A stretch of 64,000 nt of DNA. It comes from Octopus sinensis. Taxonomy: Eukaryota. Location of the stretch: contig NC_043022.1 of the NCBI RefSeq assembly GCF_006345805.1, positions 5,766,001 through 5,830,000 on the forward strand, in the 5' to 3' direction. Made by a program: the position numbers and the translations under genes. Positions 36,689 through 50,514 of this stretch are shown here, in pieces (within the stretch, counting starts at the first letter, position 1; every line of letters starts with the position of its first letter). A model generated the notes under the pieces. It saw nothing but the letters and a program-made list of their open reading frames with translations, was not told the DNA's origin and did no database searches.

Positions 36689-36690
<2 letters not shown>
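35800..36690. repeat. Tandem duplication, about 473-bp unit
   Basis: Unique core TGGGGTGGGG...CACATCTATTCCTCC at 35991 and 36464, nearly identical. Confidence 0.9.
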
Positions 36691-36744
<54 letters not shown>

Positions 36745-37236
36745 ATATATATATATACACACATATATATATATGTATGTATGTATGTATATCTATATAC
36801 ATACACACACATATTTATATACATACTCATATATATTTATGTATATACATGAGTCTATGTAAACAGGGGGACATTTGATGTTGATGCAATTTTTGCAAGG
36901 CTCCCAAATCAGATTATTTGCAATAATTCTGGCATTTGTTGGATCTCAGATAAGGCTTCACCATTCTGTCTTTCTCGCTCACCTTCATGTACACACACAC
37001 ACACACGTGCATGTGCCTACACACATACACGCATGCACACGCACACATACATGCGTGCACACGCACACACACACACACTCTTTCTCCCTCTTTCTATCCC
37101 TCCCATCATTTCTCTCTCCAGCTATCTATCCTTCCCTCTCTTTTTAAGTCTTCCTCTCTCTCTTCCTATTTGTTTGTCTCTGTCTATCTGTCTCTCTCTC
37201 TCTCTCTCTCCCTTTCTCTTTCTATCTTTTTATAGA

Positions 37237-37267
<31 letters not shown>

Positions 37268-37524
37268 TCTTTTCTACTCTAGGCACAATGCCCGAAATTT
37301 TGGGGTGGGGGCCAGTCAATTAGATTGACCCCAGTATGCAAATGGTACTTAATTTATCGACCCCAAAAGGATGAAAGGCAAAGTCAACTTGGTGGAATTT
37401 GAACTAAATATATATATATATATTTTTTTTTTTTGCTATCAATATTTTCCATACTTAAATTCTTCACATCATTTTCTCTTCCATGTCCAACTGTTGCTCT
37501 GTTTGCCATCCTGTCTGTCCATAC

Positions 37525-40312
37525 CACCATCACAAGGGTCAGTCAGGCAGTACTGGCATCAACTAAGCTCGAATGGTACTTTTTACATGTCACCGACACA
37601 GGTGCCAATCAGGTGGTACTTACATCAGTCACGACAATGACTTCACTTGCCTCAACAGGTCTTCACAAGCACAGCATCTCACCTGATTGAAGAATACTCT
37701 TAAATGGGCCAGTTATGCTGCACTAGCATAGGCCATGGTTACGGTCTCAGCTTGCCGGGTCTTCTCAATCACAGCATACCTCTCCAAAGGTCTCGGTCAC
37801 TTGTCATTGCCTTGGTGAGGCCTAACATTCGAAAGTCATGCTTCACCACCTCATCCCAGGTCTTCCTGGGTCTACCCCTTCCACAAGTTCCTTCTACTGC
37901 TAGGGTGTGACACTTTTTCACACAACTGTATTCATCCATTCTTGCTACATGACCATACCAGTGCAGTCGTCTCGCTTGCACACCACATCTCATGCTTCTT
38001 AGGTCCAACTTTTCTCTCAGAGCGCTTACACTCTGTCGAGTATGCACACTGACATTACACATCCATCAGATCATACTGGCTTCATTCCTTGCAAGCTTAC
38101 ACATATCCTCAGCAGTCACGGCCCATGTTTCCCTGCTATGTAGCATGGCTGTTCGTACACATGCATCATACAGTCTGACTTTTACTCTGAGCGAGAGGCC
38201 TTTAGTCACCAGCAGAGGTAAGAGCTCTCTGAACTTTGCCCAGGCTATTCTTACTCTAGCAGCTACACTCTCAGAGCACCCACCCACCACTACTGACTTG
38301 GTCACCTAGGTAACGGAAGCTATCAACTACTTGTAGTTTTTCTCCCTGGAATGTGGCGGAAGTTGGTCTCTGCACATTTTCAGTGTTTATTGCTCCTGAG
38401 CATCTGCCTCATACAAAAACTGTCTTCCTAGTTAGCCTTCCTTTGATATTGCTGCACTTCTTATGTGTCCATAGCTTACACAGGGTACATCTTATGGAGT
38501 TTCCACCTATGCCTTTTCTACAGATCGAGCAGGGCCATCTACCTGAAGGGATTTATGGTTTGTCTGCCTTCCTACTTATTAAGACTTTGGGTTTTGCTAG
38601 ATTGACTCTAAGGCCCCTCGATTCTAATCCTTGCTTCCACACCTGAAACTTCTCTTCTAGTTCAGATAGTGACTCAGTTATTAGAGCAAGGTCATCAGCA
38701 TAGGGAATCTCCCAGGGGCATCCTGTCTTGAATTCCTCTGTTATTGCCTGGAGAACTATGATGAATGAATAAGAGGGAACTGAGAACTGAACCTTGGTGG
38801 ACCCCTACCTCTACCCAGAATTCTTCACTGTACTCATTGCCAACCCTCACCTCACTGACAGCATCCGTGCACATGGTTAGTACAGCTCTCACTAACCACT
38901 CATCTATCCCTAGTTTCAGCATTGACCACCAGATAAGGGATTGGAGGACCCTGTCAAAGGCTTTCTCCATGTCAACAAAAGACAGGTACAGAGGTTTATC
39001 TTTGGCTAGGTATTTCTCCTGCAGCTGTCTTACCAGAAATTTAGCATCAGTGGTCCTTTTCCCTGGTACAAACCCAAACTGCATCTCGTCTAGACTGACT
39101 CTCTCCCTAATTAGTTGGGCTATGGCCCTCTCCATGACTTTCATTACCTGATCCAACAACTTGATACCTCTGTAATTATTCGCATCTAATGCATCACCTT
39201 TACCTTTGTAGCAGTTGACTATGGTGCTGCTATACAAGACATTGGGTACGACTCCTTCATGTATCACCCGATTGACTATACAGGTGACTAGATTATATCT
39301 GATGCCACCAGATATTTTAAGCATCTCTGCAGTGATTCCTGATGGGCCAGGGGATTTCCTTGTTTTCATACCCTTAATTGCTTTATCTACCAAGGTACTG
39401 TTAATTCGGATAGCAGGTCTCTCTGTTGGGTCAACATTCAGCAGACTCTCTTTCTCCCATTCATTCTCTTCATTTGGCAACTTTTCATAGAGGCGTCTCC
39501 AAATCTCTCTCCTTGCAGCCTCATTAAATGCAAGTGAACCATCATCCACGTGGACACATTTCTCTCCTATAACATCATGATACTCTCTCACATACTGTCT
39601 TGCAACATGAAAGTCTTTGGTCCTCACAACACAGAACATTGGCAAATTTTTTCGTATCTGCTTCCCTTTTGACTAAGTAAACCTGTCTCCTAGTTTCCCT
39701 TCTGGCAGTCTGATACAGTTCCCTGCCACCACAGTTCTTCCAGTCCTTCCATATCTGTTTCTTTTCCCTAATGGCCCTGTCAACCACATTGTTCCACCAC
39801 CACATTACTTTGGGTCGAGAGGGGACTTTGCACCATTCACAGATCTGGTCAGTAGCCCTCAACTGGTTGTCCCATAGAAACCTCCAGTTGTCTTCCACAT
39901 CATGTGATGCTATATCCCACTTCTATTTCGCAAAAGCTTCAAGCAACATGTCTCTAAATCTCTGTCCCTCTGCAGGATCCTTAAGCTTCCAGACCCTTCT
40001 TCTCCATGCTGGTTGTGCTTCTGGGCATCCATTTAGCCCTGATCCTGAGGTTGCTAACTTCTAACCTGTGTTGTGGAGTGCATTCTTCACTTGGGAAAAT
40101 TTTGGCATTCATAAGTAACCATCTTTCCCGTTTCCTGGTGAGGATGTAATCAATTTGACTAGTTTGTCCACCAGATCAGTAGGTGAATAGGTGGCTGGCA
40201 GGTTTCCTGAAGTTAGTATTACAAATCATAAGATCATTTGCACTGCAGAACTCCAGCAGCCTGGTCCCCTCCTCATTGCAAGAACCCAAACCATAGCCTC
40301 CATGTTATTCTC
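37525..40312 (-). mobile_element. RTE-clade LINE, truncated ORF2 pseudogene (APE C-terminus, RT, C-terminus, part of 3' UTR)
   Basis: NEEGTRLLEFC...QIDYIL (APE); KSPGPSGI...YKGKGD...NYRGIKLL...QFGF...FVDMEKAFDRV...GVHQGS; YADD at 38691-38702; LHWYGHVARMD...GRGRPRKTW. Frameshifts and stops present. Confidence 0.95.
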
Positions 40313-40728
40313 TTTACTCTTTACTCTTTTACTTGTTTCAGTCATTTGACTGCGGCCATGCTGGAGCACCACCTTTAGTTGAGCAACTCGACCCCGGGAC
40401 TTATTCTTTTTGTAAGCCCAGTACTTGTTCTATCGGTCTCTTTTTGCCGAACCGCTAAGTGACGGGGACGTAAACACACCAGCATCGGTTGTCAAGCAAT
40501 GCTAGGGGAACAAACACAGACACACAAACACACACACGTATATATATATATATATACATATATACGACGGGCTTCTTTCAGTTTCCGTCTACCAAATCCA
40601 CTCACAAGGCTTTGGTCGGCCCGGGGCTATAGCAGAAGACACTTGCCCAAGATGCCACGCAGTGGGACTGAACCTGGAACCATGTGGTTGGTAAGCAAGC
40701 TACTTACCACACAGCCACTCCTGCGCCT
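40313..40728 (-). mobile_element. SINE family A, young full copy
   Basis: Near-consensus; abuts the 5' end of the RTE fragment. Confidence 0.92.
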
Positions 40729-41079
40729 ATATCTACAGTGAAAAAAAAAAGAGGTTTAGATGTGTGTTAGGTTGAAAAACAAGGTTGCTTATCTCAACAT
40801 CTGGTTTTCTACTCCATTTGGTGGGGTAATGACTCCAGCGGGATGAAAGACAAAGTTCACTTCGATAGGGTTTGAACTCAGAATGCAAAGAACTGAAATA
40901 AATGCTGTAAGACAGTTAGTCCAATATTTGAACAATTCAGTTAATTAGTCACCACCACCCCAGTCCCCTCCCGTTGATGCTTGCTAATCTCAAATATTGA
41001 TCCCTTACCCTCATCACGTGACCACACCCATTCTCCATTGATTGCCTTTACCCTTGTTTACACTACGAAGCCCAGCCAC

Positions 41080-41451
41080 TGACCACCATCGCCACCACCT
41101 CCACCATCATCATTATCATTACTACCACCATCGCCTTTCCCCACCACCAAGATCACCACAAACACCGCCACCACTACCACTACCATCACCACCACTACAA
41201 TCCATGCCACTCCAGGAACCTGTCCTACCACTCTCCACCACCACCACCACCACCACCACTACTACTACTTCTGCAACTCACACTACCCTGCCTTCCCTCC
41301 ACAACCACTGACCAGCACCAGCATCATCATCATCATCATCACCACCATCACTAGCCTCAGCTGCCCCACCATTCGATGCAACACCCACCATCCACCACAC
41401 CTGTCTCCCCTTCATTCTACCACCATCACCACCACCACAACCACCACCACC

Positions 41452-41490
<39 letters not shown>

Positions 41491-41557
41491 GCTGCGGCTG
41501 CTGCTGCTACTACTACTAATACTACCACTACTACTGCTGCTACTACTACTACTACTG

Positions 41558-41615
<58 letters not shown>

Positions 41616-41620
41616 CGCCG
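41080..41620. repeat. (ACC)/(ACT)n trinucleotide tracts
   Basis: Direct reading. Confidence 0.9.
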
Positions 41621-42484
41621 CCACCCCACACCGCACCTGTTGGCCCTCCATTCCGTCACATGACTTCAAAGTCTGGTGAGTCAGATCCGGAGAGTCGGAT
41701 GGTGTTGTAGGACAACAACCGGAGTCTGTAATTACTTTGGGAAAACGAGAAGAAACGTGGACCTCATTTGCATAGGGAACGACCCTAATTGCCCAACCAA
41801 CAAGTGATGGCACGAGAGGCTGGCACGGGGGTGGGGTGGCAAGGGGGAAACTACCTGTTTCTGCATCTCCTCCCATGGCCCTCAACATTGGATCCCATGC
41901 ATTTATTCCGCTTTACCTTAACTGCAGCTACACTTGTATTTACAGAGGGGTTGGGAGGGACAATGGTGGGTTGGTGGTGGTGGTGGTGGTGGTGGTGGTG
42001 GTGGTGGAGATGGTGGTGGTGGTGGTGATGGTGGTGGTGGAGATGGTGGTGGTGGTGGTGATGGTGGTGGTGATGGCAGTGGTGGAGATGGTGGTGGTGG
42101 TGGTGGTGGTTGTGGTGACTGAAGCTTAACTCGATTTTGTCTTGAGTAAAGATGATTGACAGTTTACCAGATGGTAGAGCGGTGGGGGGTGGGAGGGCGA
42201 GGGGGCGGTGAGGTTGAGGAAGGTAATGGTACAGTGGCTGCAGTGGAAGGAGAGAAAAAAGAAGAAGGGGAGGAAATGTCAATAACAGTAGTAATACAGT
42301 GGTGGTGGTCGTGGTATGGCAGATGCACTGGATGGAGAGGGAGAATAAGATGAAACTGATAGGAGGGGGTTGGTGGGGGGATTGCTGTGCCATGATGCAG
42401 TGGCGGAGGGGATGGGGTGTGTAGATAATGATAATGGTTTTATATATATATATATATATATTATATACACACAACATATATGTA

Positions 42485-43450
42485 TGTGCAGGAGTGGCTG
42501 TCTGGTAAGTAGCTTGCTAACCAACCACATGGTTCCGGGTTCAGTCCCACTGCGTGGCATCTTGGGCAAGTGTCTTCTACTATAGCCCCGGGCCGACCAA
42601 TGCCTTGGTCGGAAACTGAAAGAAGCCTGTCGTATATATGTATATGTTTATATGTGTGTGTGTGTTTGTGTGCCTGTGTTTGTCCCCCTAGCATTGCTTG
42701 ACAACCGATGCTGGTGTGTTTACGTCCCCCGTCACTTAGCGGTTCGGCATAAAGAGACCGATAGAATAAGTACTGGGCCTACAAAGAATAAGTCCCGGGG
42801 TCGATTTGCTTGACTAAAGGCAGTGCTCCAGCATGGCCGCAGTCAAATGACTGAAACAAGTAAAAGAGTAAAAGAGTGAGAGATATATATACACACACAC
42901 ACACACACACAAATATATATACATACAGAGAGAGAGAGAAAGAGAGGCACAAGAGCAGGTGTGTGTGTGTGTGTGTTTTGCCTCCCAACCACTTGGTCCT
43001 GGATTCAGTCCCATAGTAGGGCACCTTGGTCAAGAGTTTTCTACTATAGCCTCAGGCCAATCAAAGCCTTGTGAGTGGATTTGGTAGACAGAAACTGAAA
43101 GTAGCTCATCATATATATATATATGTGTGTGTGTATGTATGTATGTATGTATGTATGTATGTATGTATGTATGTATGTATGTATGTGTGTGTGTGTATGT
43201 ATGTATGTATGTTGTATGTATGTATGTATGTGTATGTATGTATGTATTTATTTGTGTCTGTGTTTGTCCCCCCTCTCACCATCGCTTCGCAACCGATGAC
43301 GGTGTGTTTATGTCCCTGTAACTCAGCAGTTCGGCACAAGTGATCGATAGTACTAAGATTACAAAGAATAAGTCCAGGGATCGATTTGTTTGATTAAAGG
43401 TGGTGTTCCAGTATGGCCACAGTCAAATGACTGAAACAAGTAAAAGAATA
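42485..43450 (+). mobile_element. Two tandem SINE A copies (42485-42880 and 42975-43450)
   Basis: Both with head, body and tail. Confidence 0.88.
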
Positions 43451-43468
43451 AATACATATATACATGTC

Positions 43469-43500
<32 letters not shown>

Positions 43501-43532
43501 ATATATATCTATATATGTATATATATATATAT

Positions 43533-43593
<61 letters not shown>

Positions 43594-43597
<4 letters not shown>

Positions 43598-43971
43598 AAA
43601 CAAATAAGCAAAAGACGAAGACAGGTGGTGTAGACAACAAACAGATGTATTAGTTTAACACTCAGGAAGTGAAAAAGTCTTTATTTCGAGCCTATGCTCA
43701 TCCACGGAAAGGAACACAGAAAGAACCAAATAGAGAAAATAAAGAATGTGTAGTGGCTAGCGATCTATTTTATATATATATATATATATAAGGGAAAGTT
43801 TACGAAAATAAACAAAAGACGAAGACAGGTGGAGTACAAACAAACAAATGTATTAGTATAGCGCTCACGAATAGAAAAAGTCTTTTAGGTTTCGAGCCTA
43901 CGCTCTTCTACAGAAAGATACACAGAGAGAAACAAGGAGAGAAAGAAATGCGTGTAGGAGCTAACGATCTA
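43594..43971 (-). mobile_element. Two head-to-tail copies of the hammerhead-bearing element family of 2399-2588
   Basis: 43594-43767 and 43791-43971, separated by (TA)n. Confidence 0.8.
43881..43918 (-). ncRNA. Minimal type I hammerhead variant (U at position 6), stem III damaged
   Basis: TCTTT CTGTAGA A GAGC-GTAG-GCTC GAAA CCT A AAAGA. Confidence 0.55.
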
Positions 43972-44000
43972 TATATTATATATTGTTGTGTGTGTGTGTG

Positions 44001-44085
<85 letters not shown>

Positions 44086-44344
44086 TGCACACACACACAC
44101 AATGGCTTTCTGCACAGTTTCTGAGAACCAAATTCACTCATAAGGCTTTGGTCAGCCTGGAGCTGCAATAGAACACATTTGTCGAAGGTGCCATGACAGA
44201 ACTGAACCAAAACCAGATAGTTGCATGGTATGCTTCTGAACCACAGCTATGACTGCAGCTGTTATAATGATATTATTCGTAACCGCATGACATTGCGGTG
44301 GTCTAGAGAATGGTCTTTTCTATATTTGCTTTCTGATGTGGAAT

Positions 44345-44594
44345 TTAAAAACTGACTGATTCCAGCGCCACCTGACTGGCACCTGTGCCAGTGACATGTA
44401 AAAAGCCCCATCTGAGCATGGTCGATGACAGTGCTGCCTGACTGGCACTCATGCCAGTGGTACATAAAATGCATCCTCTACATTCTCAGAGTGGTTGGCA
44501 TTAGGAAAGGCATCCAGCTGTAGAAACCTTGCCAGATCAGATTGGAGCCTGGTGCAGCCTCCTGGCTTGCAGCATGGAAAGCAGAGATTAAACA

Positions 44595-44627
<33 letters not shown>

Positions 44628-44634
44628 GTGGTGG

Positions 44635-44717
<83 letters not shown>

Positions 44718-44720
44718 GTG
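44345..44720 (+). mobile_element. Family C with long (GAT/GGT)n tail
   Basis: Conserved block at about 44490-44595. Confidence 0.8.
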
Positions 44721-45214
44721 ATGATGTTGATGATGGTGATGATCCACATTATAAAAAACCAAATTTATTTTAGAAATAATATAATTCCAATTACTTATTT
44801 GAAATCTAATCAAAGCATATTTAAGGCTCAAGACTTTTTAAAAAAAAGCCAAAGTTATGATCAGATTTATAGGAAAGAGAAAATATTATTTGATGACTGA
44901 TGTGAATGTGTTTCCATTTATAAATAGGGGAGACAACTGTGGGCATGTTTTGCTCTGTTGGAGCTCATCCATCATAAGCGCACACTCTGCTACGTCTTGT
45001 CAAAACTGGTGTCTTGTAATAATGGAAGATTTCAAGAGCAATATTTCAATCTAATAGTATCAGAATATATTTCATTTAAATATTTGAAGGAACACAAGGG
45101 CAGTGGGCTGATAGACTCGTTAGCATGCCAGGCAGAATGCTTGGCAGCATGTCGTTAGTCATAATATTCTAAATTCAAATTTTGCTGAGGTCCACTTCAC
45201 CTTTCTTCCTCCTC

Positions 45215-45680
45215 CTCATCAACGTTAACATCCCTTTTTCCCATGCTCGCACTGGTTGGATGTTTTAACAAGTTGGCCAACCAGAGAGCTATCCAGACTC
45301 CAATTGTCTGTCGTGGAATGGTTTCTATATGCTGGATGCCTTTCCTGATGCCAACCACTTTACAGAGTGTGCTGGGTGCCTTTTACATGTCGCCAGCATG
45401 GGTGCATTTATGCAGTGTTGGCACGAGTGCATTTTATGTGGCACCTGCAAAAGAGAAGCCTGTACGTGCGGAAGACTGCGATTTTACCTAGCTTGACATT
45501 TCTTATCAAGTACAGCAAATCTTCACAGCTCCTGGTCCCTTATCTTTTCCTCAGTGAGGCCCAGCATCCAAAGATCCTTTCTCACCACTTCGTCCCACAT
45601 CTTCCTGGGTCCACCCCTTCCACAGGTGCCCTCCACAATTAGGGCTCGGCACTTCTTTACACAGCCGTCCTCATCCATAC
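45215..45680 (-). mobile_element. 5'-truncated RTE (ORF2 C-terminus plus 3' UTR)
   Basis: MDEDGCVKKCRALIVEGTCGRGGPRKMWDEVV, then the family C block; follows a SINE D head at 45103-45210. Confidence 0.8.
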
Positions 45681-45747
45681 ACAAAGACATCCATGGATGC
45701 CATTCAAATATTCTGGTTTATCGTCCCTCTGTACCAGGACTAACCAG

Positions 45748-46248
45748 GTGAGGTGATTCCTGAACGCCTTACTTCCCTGGGCATGGGCACATTGAAACTC
45801 CGACGTCTGGCAGCTGACTTGGCAGACACCCATAAAATTATCAACCATCGCACAAACAATAACTCCGAGCACCTCTTCAAACTCCACCCATCTAACACCC
45901 GTGGACATATTTACAAAGTAAGAAAACAGCACAGCTCCCATGACTTCAGGAAACATTTTTTCACGCTGAGAGTTGCTGAAGCATGGAACAAACTGCGGCA
46001 TCGGTTGTTAGTTGTCGGAGCACTGCATCCTTCAAAACTTCCATGCTTCCTGAGATCGCCAACACTACACTTGATTTTCTCCCCTCCATACACACACAAG
46101 CATGTATCTGACTCTTACATTGTTCGCTTTCCAGACATTTCTACATTACTGCATGTACTTTATATGCACTTTCTGACAAGTTGTGGTGCACCTGAGCACT
46201 GTATACAATAATTTCATTATTATATTATTATTATTATTATTATTATTT
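45748..46248 (+). mobile_element. CR1/L2-type LINE 3' fragment
   Basis: PERLTSLGM..LKLRRL...TRGH...FFTLRVAEAWNKL; (ATT)n tail; homologous to 19921-20453. Confidence 0.9.
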
Positions 46249-46572
46249 TAAAATGATAAATGTTACACATTGAAAATAACTAGGTGAGATGAATGTTGTT
46301 CTGTAATTCTATTAACAGTTTCAGCTGGTGCCTGTGGCCATGCTGGAACACCTAATGGAATCCACCATTCTTTGAGACTAACTGGGTGAAATCAATGTTT
46401 TGGTGACAGAGTTAAACATTCAGTGAAAAGAATTGAATAAAATAACTGTTATGTTGATAGAATTATAAGAAATTGTGGAACTAAATGAAAAGGTCAAGAT
46501 ACAATTCTTGTAGTCGGAGATTTCTGAGAGATACGACTTGAAATGTAAGTAAGTTATTGGACAATTGGCACC

Positions 46573-46626
<54 letters not shown>

Positions 46627-47389
46627 GCAGAGTTTTACTGAAGTGGAGAGAAAAGGAGAGGACAAAACTGGTAGAATCAGCCATTTTTTATTTTATCTTT
46701 TTACTTTATTCCAGGTAATTGTAACTGTTAAGCTTGTTTAAGAAGGAAGGTGATTAAACATGGTAAAAAAAAAAAACCCTGTTGAATTGGTCTTTTATGG
46801 AAAAAGTTGTAGAATCATGTGTAAGATGGATATTTTGGAAAGATTGAGTTTTGTTGCTGGCTGATGATGGTGGTGGTGGTGGTGGTGGTGGTGGTGGTGA
46901 TGATGATGATGATGATGATGGTGATGGTGAGTGGTGGTGGTGGTGGTGGTGATGGTGGTGATGATGATGATGGTGATGATGATGGTGGTGGTGGTGGTGA
47001 TGGTGGTGGGGATGGTGGTGGTGGTGGTGGTGGCGATGGTGGTGGTGGTGGTGGTGGTGGTGGTGATGACAAGGAGGAGGAGGAAAACAAGGCGAGGAGT
47101 AGAGGAAGAAGAAAGAGAAGAAGGAGAAGAAGAAATGACAGTTTTTTTTCTTTAAATTTTGGACAGAGTAACTTTTCATTGAGAAATCTGTGTCAGGAGG
47201 TGGGTGTGGGTGGTTGGCAGGGGTGGAGAGCAAAAGAGACATTTGATGAAATTGGTCACGCATGAATGACAGTGTATCAGGTTTGATAACAACAATAACA
47301 ACAACAATTTGGATGAAAATTATTTCAAGAGAAAAATTAGCATATACAATGCATATATATGTGTGTGTGTGTATGAATATATGTATGTG

Positions 47390-47427
<38 letters not shown>

Positions 47428-47504
47428 CATACATATTTATTCATTTTTTCATTCAATCAATGCATATACATAATATATATATATATATAATATATAATAT
47501 ATAT

Positions 47505-47539
<35 letters not shown>

Positions 47540-47702
47540 TAGATATAGATAGATAGTAGATAAGATAAATAGAGAGATAGATAGAGATCTCTAGATATAG
47601 ATAAATACAGATAAATATATACATACATATATACATATGTGTATATACATTTATACATATATATGTATATATACATTATATACATATATATATGTATACA
47701 CG

Positions 47703-47768
<66 letters not shown>

Positions 47769-48574
47769 TATTTATACATATGCATGCATGTATGTATGCA
47801 TGCATGTATGTATGTATGTATATATAATCACTTGCTAAACAACAAGACCTAATCATGTTTATTGTGGTTAATGAAGCAAACAGCCTAATTACAAATATCT
47901 TATGAAAAGCACGCATCAATTTCATATCTGACATTTTGTTGAAAATTGACGGCCACCACACACACACCCACACACAGAGAAATATATTTCTTCTTCTCGT
48001 TTCATTTATTTCTTACTTATTTCTCATTCTTCTGCTGAACAATGGCATCAATTCCAAGAAGCCAATCAATGGTTCACTGCTTCTCTCAAAGTTAGAAGGA
48101 ATCATTTGTGCAAATGTGTGGCAAATACCAAAACTCTGGTTTTTTTTCCTGTTTCAAAGCAAATAGGTTTTTCTGCTCTGGGGGGGATGATGTTTACACT
48201 TTCCACACAGGAAAACAAATAAATCAATCAACACACACACACACATATATTTTCTTCTTTTTTTATCTTCTTACTTGTTTAAGTCATTTTGCCAGCGGCC
48301 ATGCTGCAGCACTGTCTGTAGTCGAACAAATCTACCCTGGGACTTATACTTTGTAAGCCTACTACTAATTCTATCAGTCTCTTTTTGCCAAAACGCTAAG
48401 TGACGGGGACGTAAACACACCAGCATCACATGTCAAGCGATGGTGGTGGGGACAAATACAGACACAAATAACAAATACATACATACATGCATATACATAT
48501 ATATACATATATACATACATATATATATATATGCATATACATATATATACATATATATATACATATATATATAT

Positions 48575-49345
48575 GGAAATCGATCAATGGAAATTGCAGA
48601 TGTGTTACCAGTGCCGGTGGCATGTCGAAACTCTACTTGTGAAGACCCGTTGAGGCAAGTGAGGATCAGAATGGAAATCGATCAATGGAAATTGCAGATG
48701 TGTTACCAGTGCCGGTGGCATGTCGAAACTCTACTTGTGAAGACCCGTTGAGGCAAGTGAGGATCAGAATGGAATCGATCAATGGAAATTGCAGATGTGT
48801 TACCAGTGCCGGTGGCATGTCGAAACTCTACTTGTGAAGACCCGTTGAGGCAAGTGAGGATCAGAATCGAAATCGATCAATGGAAATTGCAGATGTGTTA
48901 CCAGTGCCGGTGGCATGTCGAAACTCTACTTGTGAAGACCCGTTGAGGCAAGTGAGGATCAGAATCGAAATCGATCAATGGAAATTGCAGATGTGTTACC
49001 AGTGCCGGTGGCATGTCAGAGAACCTTCCGTTTCGCGACCGTTGCCAGCACCGCCCCGTTTCGTGTCCGTTGCCAGCCTCGCCTGGCCCTTGTGCCGGTG
49101 GCACATAAAAAGCACCATCCGTTCGTGGCCGTTTGCCAGCTCTGTCTGGCACCTGTGCGGGTGGCACGTAAAAAGCACCCACTACACTCACGGAGTGGTT
49201 GGCGTTAGGAAGGGCATCCAGCCGTAGAAACACTGCCAGATTTGACTGGGCCTGATGAAGCCTTCTGGCTTCACAGACCCCAGTAGAACCGTCCAACCCA
49301 TGCTAGCATGGAAAACGGATGCTAAACGATGATGATGATGATGAT
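48575..49345 (+). mobile_element. Family C element whose 5' part is a 98-bp tandem array
   Basis: Units start at 48575, 48673, 48771, 48868 and 48966; array runs into the RTE 3' UTR at about 49017; (GAT)n tail. Confidence 0.92.
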
Positions 49346-49346
49346 G

Positions 49347-49380
<34 letters not shown>

Positions 49381-49659
49381 ATATGTATATATATATATAT
49401 ATGCTGGGCTTCTCTCAGTTTCCATCTACCAAATCCACTCACAAGGCTTTGGTTGGGCCAAGGTTATAGTAGAAAACACTTGCCCAAGGTGCCACAGTAG
49501 GACTGAACCTGGAACCATGTGGTTGGGAAGCAAGCTTCTTACCACACAGCTACTCATATACACACACATACATACACACAGATTTACATGCATATACATA
49601 CATATATGCACGGATACACACACATACATGCATACACACACACATATATACATATATAC

Positions 49660-50030
49660 GTGGAGGTGCAATGGCCCAGTGGTTAGGGCAGCGGACTCGC
49701 GGTCGGAGGATCGTGGTTTCGATTCCCAGACCGGGCATTGTGAGTGTTTATTGAGCGAAAACACCTAAAGCTCCACGAGGCTCCGGCAGGGGGTGGTGGT
49801 GAACCCTGCTGTACTCTTTCACCACAACTTTCTCTCGCTCTTTCTTCCTGTTTCTCTTGTACCTGTACTTCAAAGGGCCAGCCTTGTCACACTTTGTGTC
49901 ACGCTGAATCTCCTCAAGAACTACGTTAAGGGTACACGTGTCTGTGGAGTGCTCAGCCACTTGCACGTTAATATCACAAGCAAGCTGTTCCGTTGATCGT
50001 ATCAGCTGGGACCCTCATCATCGCAACTAA
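49660..50030 (+). mobile_element. SINE family B
   Basis: Full head and body. Confidence 0.9.
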
Positions 50031-50514
50031 AAACATACATACATATGCTCACATACATACATTTCTATTCATACACACACACACATGCATATATATATAA
50101 GATGCAGGTATGGTTATGTGGTGAAGAACTTTGCTTCAGAACCATGAAGTTACAGGTTCACTTCCAGTAAGCATCCGGGTCAAGCTATTCTTTCCTCTTT
50201 CTTACAACAATGTGCTGCTTAATGAAGTCCTACAAAAAACATCACTTGGTCACTTTTGTATTTTTTCAATATTTTCCCAGGACTTTTTTCACAAGTAAAA
50301 GAATAAAAAGAATATATATATATATACATCAGCATCATCACCATTGTTTAATGTTCATTTTCCATGCTGGCATGGGTGGGATGGTTTGACAAAAGCCAGC
50401 CAGGCAGAAGCCTGCACCAGACCTCTGAAACTTTTTTCGGCAGGGGTTTTACAGCTAGATGCCCTTCCTAACAGCAACCACTCAGCAGAATGTTGCATTA
50501 GATATCAGATTCTT

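Noticed and set aside
48575-49017. CRISPR array or tandem hammerhead (retrozyme) interpretation of the 98-bp array
   Set aside because: No variable spacers; eukaryotic context. GTGAAGA and CGAAAC occur but do not assemble into a hammerhead on either strand.
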